DNA of 64,000 nucleotides from an uncultured candidate division Zixibacteria bacterium (GTDB lineage Bacteria; Zixibacteria; MSB-5A5; GN15; FEB-12): NCBI GenBank assembly GCA_963735035.1, contig CAVTJJ010000003.1, positions 544,001 to 608,000 of the forward strand, read 5' to 3'. Shown piece by piece: positions 58,297 to 64,000 of this stretch (position 1 is its first letter; each line of letters starts with the position of its first letter). The notes under the pieces were generated by a model. It saw only the letters and a program-made list of their open reading frames with translations, ran no database searches and was not told where the DNA came from. The position numbers and the translations under genes were made by a program.

Positions 58297-59544
58297 ATGC
58301 TAGCCAAACTAAGCCACAGCGCGCTGGACTCGTTTCGCACTTGTCCGCGCAAATTCAAATTCGAAAAGATCGAGAAAGTCAAAGTCTACCAACCTACTCC
58401 GGCTCACTTGTTGGTCGGTACGGCGGTCCATGCGCAGGTCCGGAAAGCCTACGACTGGGCGGCAAACGGCAAGCTCTACCCTCTACCTGAAATGCTGGCC
58501 GGATATGACAAAGTGTTTGAGGGACCCAACCGAGACAAAGTAGTTCCGGGGCACGAATACTCGACTGTCGAAGAGGATATCGCGCGTGGAAGAGATATGC
58601 TGGAGAAATTCTATTCCCAGTATCAGCCGTTTTCTGAGGGGAAACATCTGTTCGCCGAGAAGTCGTTTTCGTTTCATCTGCCGGATTGTTCGCCAGAAAT
58701 GACGGCGCGGGTCGATCGAGTATGGAAACGCGACGATGGCGTCTACGAGATTGCGGATTTCAAGACGGGCAAAATGGCGGGGCCCAAGGACCCGGTCTTC
58801 AGGAATCAGATGGGGTTCTACCAATTGGCGGTCGCGGAGTCATTCCCCGATTGGACTATTGAAGTGGCGGAATACTTTCTCAGGTACGGCGAAGTTGTCC
58901 GCTACGCGATGCGACCGGACGAGCTCGATGAGTTGGCGGAACAATTTCGAGCCGAAGTTCACGATATTGCCCGGGCCGAGCGAACCGATAGCTGGCCCAC
59001 CAAAGAGGGCGGGCACTGTAACTGGTGTGATTTCTTTCAGCTCTGTCCGGCTAAGCGGCACCAGAAAGTGATGGAAGAGTCGGATGATGAGGAAGCACCA
59101 CAGGGGTTCCGCGAGGCGGCGGTTCTCGCCGATAAGTATCTCAATCGTAATGTCGAGTACAAACGCCTGAAGACGGAACTCGACGCTCTCAAAGAAGATC
59201 TGACGACTGTGGCCAGGGAGCTGAAAGTCAGCAAGTTCCAGGGAACGACCGGCCATGTATCGGTTACGATCAAGCCGATGGAGAAATTGCCGTCGAAGTC
59301 CAATGATCCGCAAAAGTATGTCGAGTTGGTTTCGCTGGTGCGTTCATGGGATGAGAACACGCGCGAAACCTGCTTGAAGCCTGATGAGACGATTCTGATG
59401 AACCTATATCACCGGGGTCGATTGGCGCCTCTTGAGAAAGAAGCTCTGGCACGATTGATAAAAACATCGGAGCAGATAACGGTACGGGCGAAACTCAACC
59501 AGCCGATTGATTCGGAGGACTCAGAAGAGGCCGAAGGCGATTGA
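58297..59544 (+). CDS. PD-(D/E)XK nuclease (RecB/AddB-like, 4-Cys Fe-S staple)
   Basis: LSHSALDSFRTCP, GTAVH, RVDRV..IADFKTG, QMGFY, HCNWCDFFQLCP. Confidence 0.88.
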   Translation: MLAKLSHSALDSFRTCPRKFKFEKIEKVKVYQPTPAHLLVGTAVHAQVRKAYDWAANGKLYPLPEMLAGYDKVFEGPNRDKVVPGHEYSTVEEDIARGRDMLEKFYSQYQPFSEGKHLFAEKSFSFHLPDCSPEMTARVDRVWKRDDGVYEIADFKTGKMAGPKDPVFRNQMGFYQLAVAESFPDWTIEVAEYFLRYGEVVRYAMRPDELDELAEQFRAEVHDIARAERTDSWPTKEGGHCNWCDFFQLCPAKRHQKVMEESDDEEAPQGFREAAVLADKYLNRNVEYKRLKTELDALKEDLTTVARELKVSKFQGTTGHVSVTIKPMEKLPSKSNDPQKYVELVSLVRSWDENTRETCLKPDETILMNLYHRGRLAPLEKEALARLIKTSEQITVRAKLNQPIDSEDSEEAEGD

Positions 59545-59718
59545 TGTCGGCTTCTTAGAACGTCGGCCGATGTGGGCATCGGCCGGGCACGTTTCAGAGC
59601 GGAACTAGCACTATCCTGCCGGCACTTGTAGGTCGGTGTCCCGAGTCGCGGCCGGTAACAGCGGGCGCGACGAGAAACCCGACAGGGTCTACTGTCCTCA
59701 CAACCCATCTTGCGGCAC

Positions 59719-59747
59719 AAAAAAGCCCGGCCGTGTGGCCGGGCTTC
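59719..59747. terminator. Intrinsic terminator
   Basis: AAAAAAGCCCGGCC-gtgt-GGCCGGGCTT. Confidence 0.75.
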
Positions 59748-59771
59748 TGAAGTCTATTGAACAACTAAGAA

Positions 59772-60347
59772 CTACTTCTTGGCGTAGCGGATTACCCAGG
59801 CCGGCTTGATCTGGCGCTCGATCATTTCCATTTTGCTGGTGTCGGCGGCCGCACCCTGAACCTGATCGGCAACCGCCATCAGGCTGACACCACGAGCGAC
59901 GGTGGTCGTGTCGATCGTGAGATTATCGATATTCTTGCCTTCGAGGGAAGACACGAATACGGTCACGAGCCGTCCGTTGCCGGGGGCGAGCTTGTGGTCA
60001 GTAGGTCCGATATTGGCAATCATGCCGAGAGTAACGCATTGAATAGCCGTATCCGAACGAAAACCGGGGTAAGCCCACTTGGCTTCGGCGATTCGACCGC
60101 CGGTGTAACTGGCGGAATCGGCCACGATCTTGTTCATACCGGCGTCCATTTTGAACGGAATCTGGAGTCCCACCACATTTTCGTCGTTGAAATACGAGAT
60201 GGTGACAGTCGCCGTAGTGGGGTTGATCCAGGCCACGTCGGCATAGACCGTGTCTACAGCGCCAAAACGATCCTGCCCGGCCATAGCGGCCAGCGGCAAC
60301 AGGATTAAGCACGTCAATCCAAGTACAGTCTTCGCAATCGGTTTCAT
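59772..60347 (-). CDS. Secreted cohesin-like domain protein
   Basis: GGAGG RBS; signal peptide; DTV..VTISYFNDENVVGLQIPF..DSASYTGGR..LAPGNGRLVTVF..IDTT. Confidence 0.6.
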   Translation of the reverse strand: MKPIAKTVLGLTCLILLPLAAMAGQDRFGAVDTVYADVAWINPTTATVTISYFNDENVVGLQIPFKMDAGMNKIVADSASYTGGRIAEAKWAYPGFRSDTAIQCVTLGMIANIGPTDHKLAPGNGRLVTVFVSSLEGKNIDNLTIDTTTVARGVSLMAVADQVQGAAADTSKMEMIERQIKPAWVIRYAKK

Positions 60348-60411
60348 TCTTCCTCCAAAAGTATCCTACGTCCAGCCAAAGAGCTTGTACATTATATGTC
60401 GGCCAAAGATC

Positions 60412-61900
60412 CTACATTTCCTGAGTCTCGTCAACCGTTGTCAGCCTGGTTTTTAGCACCTGAATGAGAGAATCGGCGGTGGCCGGGTTGTTCAGTTGGT
60501 CCCGGTAGGTAACAATGGCCACGATCGCGGCCCGGTAGCCGATTTCCGTGGTCGGGTACTTGTCGGAAACCTCGGTCAACAGGGCGCAGGCCCGAACCCA
60601 ATCGTGGCGAAGGCGATACAGCTCGGCCTTGTAGCTGAGAGCGGCCGCGGCGGCCCGACTGTTGGGGCGGGTGGACGCGATTTCATCGTACTCTTTCTCG
60701 GCCCGCTCTTCAAGACGATCCGCTTCGGTACTTCGCCCCTGCTTGCGATATTGCTCGATCAGATAGAGATAAGTGGCCAGACTCTGCTCGGTCCCGGGGA
60801 AATTATTCATCAGGTATTTATACTCGGTCTCGGCCCGATCCTGGCGGTCCTGCATTTCGAAAGTGCGCGCGATAGCATACTGCAGGTTCGGCATCTGGGC
60901 GTAAAATTGAGGGTAGTCCTGTTTGACATCGGTCAGAATCTGGCGGGCCTGATCGTACTCCTTGCGGTACATCAGGATGAGTCCCTTGTTGTATAGGATC
61001 ATCGGGCGCTGCAACGTGTCGCTATCTTTCAGGCGGCTCAGAATTCGGTCGTATTCTTCCAGAGCTGAGATCCGGGCGGCCAAGCTGATCGGCATGAAGC
61101 GACGCAATTCTCAGGTAGGCCGGGGTGGCTATCCCGCCAGTCGTGTCGGTCAGGTTGCTTAGCTCGGTGACGGCATCCTGATACCGCCCCAGTTTTTCGT
61201 AGAGTCCGGCCAGGTTGAGACGGCTGACACCCGAAGTATTAGTTCCGGGATGATCGGCAATCAGACGGCGATAATATTCCTCTGCTCTGGCGGACTGGGT
61301 CCTGGCGGCGGCAGTATCGCCAATCTTGATAAGGCCGTCGTAAATCTGGTTGGGCAGGTTGAACAGGCCGACAATAACTTCGCCGTCGGGGCCGATCGGG
61401 GGATAGAATTTCGCCACCGAGTAGTTGTAGACCGTCAAGGCCGAATCCCATTTACCGCTGGCCTGCAACGCCCGGCCAAGATTCAGATGCACGGAAATAT
61501 CGGGAAGGCCACTGAGGGGGACACGCTTCATAACAGTTCGAAGAATCGCAATGCTGCTATCAAAGCGCTTCTCGGCGAAAGAAAGCTGCGAGAGGCGGGT
61601 GGCGGACTGAAATGTCAGCTGGGTCATCTCGCCGTATTCGGTGGGATAGACTGCCGGTGGGATAGAATCCAGGGCGTGGTAACAGTACTGCAGGGCGGCG
61701 CCGTACTCGCTGTGCAGTTGCTGCGAAATCTCCGGAGTCATCAACGCCTGTATGATATGCGCGCCGCGCCGGGTTCGTTCGGCCTGGAAAAACAACCGCT
61801 CAGCCTCATAGCGGGCCCGGACGGCCGGATTTTCGGAACAGGCAGTCAGGGCCAGCGCGAGGGTGCCGGTTATGAAGAGTAGTAGAGATAGACGTTTCAT
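60412..61900 (-). CDS. TPR lipoprotein, +1 frameshift at ~61066
   Basis: LTAC lipobox; ORFs 61022-61900 and 60412-61107 join (RPDL/ALEEYDRIL); TPR repeats throughout. Confidence 0.8.
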
Positions 61901-62142
61901 ATTCTGAGCTTCGGCGTTTTCAGGTTAAGCTGCAGATACAACGCGGAAATATAGAAGGGTGGTGCCACAAGGCAAAAATAAAGATTTGGGGGTCGTCGTC
62001 CGACTCTTCGACAAGCTCAGGGTGACGGAGGGGTATTGATGGGTGCCGTCAGGCGTCTCTGCCTGACGGCGGCTGACTCGTGCAGTGGGCGGCAGAGCCT
62101 GCCCCCGACTTGATCGGAGGTCGTCGTGTGCCAAGTAGGTCG

Positions 62143-64000
62143 CTATTTCAAGATCACCAGCTTCCCGATTTGCGTGCGCGTTGCACTTTCGACTACCCAA
62201 TAGTACAGCCCCGACTCCACCGCCAGACCGGAACGGCTGACTAAGTTCCACCAGTCGTGCATCGACTCCGGGCCGCCTTCGGGGAAGTTGTGATCGATCG
62301 TGCCAATATGATCGCCATCGAGAGAATAGACTTTGATTTTACAAACGCGAGGCAGATTGCCGAAATGGATCAAGCGCGCCCGGTCCGGGATGATGTTCCC
62401 TTTGCGATTCTCGTAGCCGCCGTCCTCATATTTGGCGTCAACTCTGTAGGGATTGGGATAGACATAGGCGTCAAGATTCTCCTCTTCGACGATTTCCGAT
62501 GAAGTCTGAGCGTAGCACTCGGTGACATTGTTCAAAGGGTTGGTTTCGTCGGGAGGCATATTGCCGCGTCCGCCGGCATAGCCGAAGTCAAATACTGTCA
62601 CTGCGACAAAATATGGCACGGTCGGCAGCAGGTTGTCGATGATGTATTCGTATTCGTAGTATTTGGGGAGCCGGCGGCCGTCGTGCTCAGTCGTGACATC
62701 TTCGTCAGTCCAGACGGTCGAATCAGTGCCGGGGTTGATCGCATCCGGATAGGCTTTGTGAATTCCGTTTGGGGTGGCCAGGTCGTACACGTTCTCATCG
62801 ACGGCGGAGAAGTAGAAGACGCTGTCGCCTTCGAACAACGGCCGTTGGCGGGGATAGTCATCGGGGTTGAGATCGGGGTTATTATGTAGATTGCGAAGTG
62901 AGTCAAGACTGAACGGTGGGTCGTCGTTGAACCAGCGACTCTCGCCCGATCCTAGTTCGTTGTATTTCCAGCGCAGCCAGTCTTGTTTGTCATAACTTGT
63001 CAGCAACGCCAGACTATTTTTTCGATTATCAAGACCGCAATAGACGCGGTACCCCTCGAAATCTATAAGATTAGAAAAGATGTCTTTCGTTGTTTCTGAG
63101 AGATACCCGTTCCAGCGGACAATGATCTTCCCGGCTTCAGTTTCATATCGCGTGAACGGGATTGGCGGCGGCGTGTTGCCACGGAAATCGGGAACGCCGT
63201 CTCCTTTGTACCAGGTCGTCTCCCCTTCGCAGACGCGATACTCGCCGAAGTACCCGTCGCTGTCGGTATCTACGCCCGGATTGTCATATACCCATTTCGC
63301 CCATTGCGCATTGGTGGCAAGTTCGGAGAAGTCGAGTTGATCGTAATACGCCTGTGGGTTATCGGGATAGAAGACTGCGTTCGGATTTGTGTGGACATTA
63401 TCGCCACCGACGACGGCCATCGTGAATCTAACCTTCTCACGAACTCCAATTTGAAACGGACCGAAGTAATAATACATGCGGAACGGCCAGCCTTTTGCGA
63501 TGTCTGGTGCGAAACTCCACGGAGGCATCCAACCGAAATGATCAACAGCCGCTGACATCTGATCGTAAGCTATTTGGGGATGACTCAGAATGTAGTACAG
63601 ATTCTCATAAGAACCTGGCCACGCGAAGTAGGGATTGAAGGAGCGAAATGGTTCGTCGGGAGTCGACTGACGCCGCGGTCCCCAATCCTGGGCACCTGGG
63701 GCGTCTTGCACAAGCCAACTGTAGCCAATCTGTATTGAATCCGAAGAAGCGCCGAGCAGCATGATGCCAACCGCGCCGTTGCGCGACTGTGACATATAAC
63801 GCCCGCTTAGAGGGTCACCGTCGTTATCCATACAGTAGGCGACGTTGATCGGATTGTGAAAAGCGCAATTGTCCTGAGAGACAATATCGCGCAGGAAACC
63901 GGTCAGATCGTCAGAGGGTCCCACTTCTACCGGCTGCCAGTAGCTGTAGCATTCCATGCCTATCCAGACGTCCTTTAGAGCCTTAATGCCGACATTAGTA
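62143..64000 (-). CDS. Large secreted-type protein with FN3-like and FlgD/T9SS-like C-terminus (5' end outside the window)
   Basis: GDGVPDF..PPP.P, DFEGYRVY, YFVAVTVFD, YVYPNPY..IHFGNLP..WNLVSRSG..SGLYYW. Confidence 0.8.
   Translation of the reverse strand, partial: TNVGIKALKDVWIGMECYSYWQPVEVGPSDDLTGFLRDIVSQDNCAFHNPINVAYCMDNDGDPLSGRYMSQSRNGAVGIMLLGASSDSIQIGYSWLVQDAPGAQDWGPRRQSTPDEPFRSFNPYFAWPGSYENLYYILSHPQIAYDQMSAAVDHFGWMPPWSFAPDIAKGWPFRMYYYFGPFQIGVREKVRFTMAVVGGDNVHTNPNAVFYPDNPQAYYDQLDFSELATNAQWAKWVYDNPGVDTDSDGYFGEYRVCEGETTWYKGDGVPDFRGNTPPPIPFTRYETEAGKIIVRWNGYLSETTKDIFSNLIDFEGYRVYCGLDNRKNSLALLTSYDKQDWLRWKYNELGSGESRWFNDDPPFSLDSLRNLHNNPDLNPDDYPRQRPLFEGDSVFYFSAVDENVYDLATPNGIHKAYPDAINPGTDSTVWTDEDVTTEHDGRRLPKYYEYEYIIDNLLPTVPYFVAVTVFDFGYAGGRGNMPPDETNPLNNVTECYAQTSSEIVEEENLDAYVYPNPYRVDAKYEDGGYENRKGNIIPDRARLIHFGNLPRVCKIKVYSLDGDHIGTIDHNFPEGGPESMHDWWNLVSRSGLAVESGLYYWVVESATRTQIGKLVILK

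Noticed and set aside
58297..59544. Cas4 or CRISPR-linked nuclease
   Set aside because: No cas1/cas2 or array nearby; size and motifs fit a stand-alone RecB/AddB-like PD-(D/E)XK protein

Overview
This is 64 kb of GC-rich bacterial chromosome. The dockerin-like and cohesin-like secreted proteins, FlgD/T9SS-type C-termini and PEP-CTERM gene resemble candidate phylum Zixibacteria (inference). Housekeeping and envelope genes include a selenocysteine-containing selD, a SigR/SigH-like ECF sigma factor with ZAS anti-sigma, an L,D-transpeptidase operon, a glutathione peroxidase, corA, glyQS, recO, an ftsB-like gene, a site-2 protease, an HD-GYP regulator, a cysteine desulfurase, tldD/tldE, an omptin, a GT4 and a PD-(D/E)XK nuclease. 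The main finding is a ~12 kb minus-strand cluster (31065-43106) with only phage head and packaging genes: portal, large terminase, a protease-like protein fused to a degenerate DNA ligase/LigD-like module, a decoration protein, a major capsid protein, a connector and appendage-like proteins. I found no integrase, replication, tail tube, tape measure or endolysin gene, so it is a candidate domesticated tailless gene-transfer-agent-like system. Other candidates are an AT-rich Panacea/YwgA-like plus HD dNTPase island, a secreted LIM/DA1-like peptidase, a sigma54-driven GGA-rich sRNA, an ECF promoter motif shared by the sigma gene and gpx, and dense nested GTAG-REP/MITE repeats. Many single-base frameshifts, including two in the essential glyQS, point to assembly indel errors. 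All family calls come from motif recognition, not database searches.
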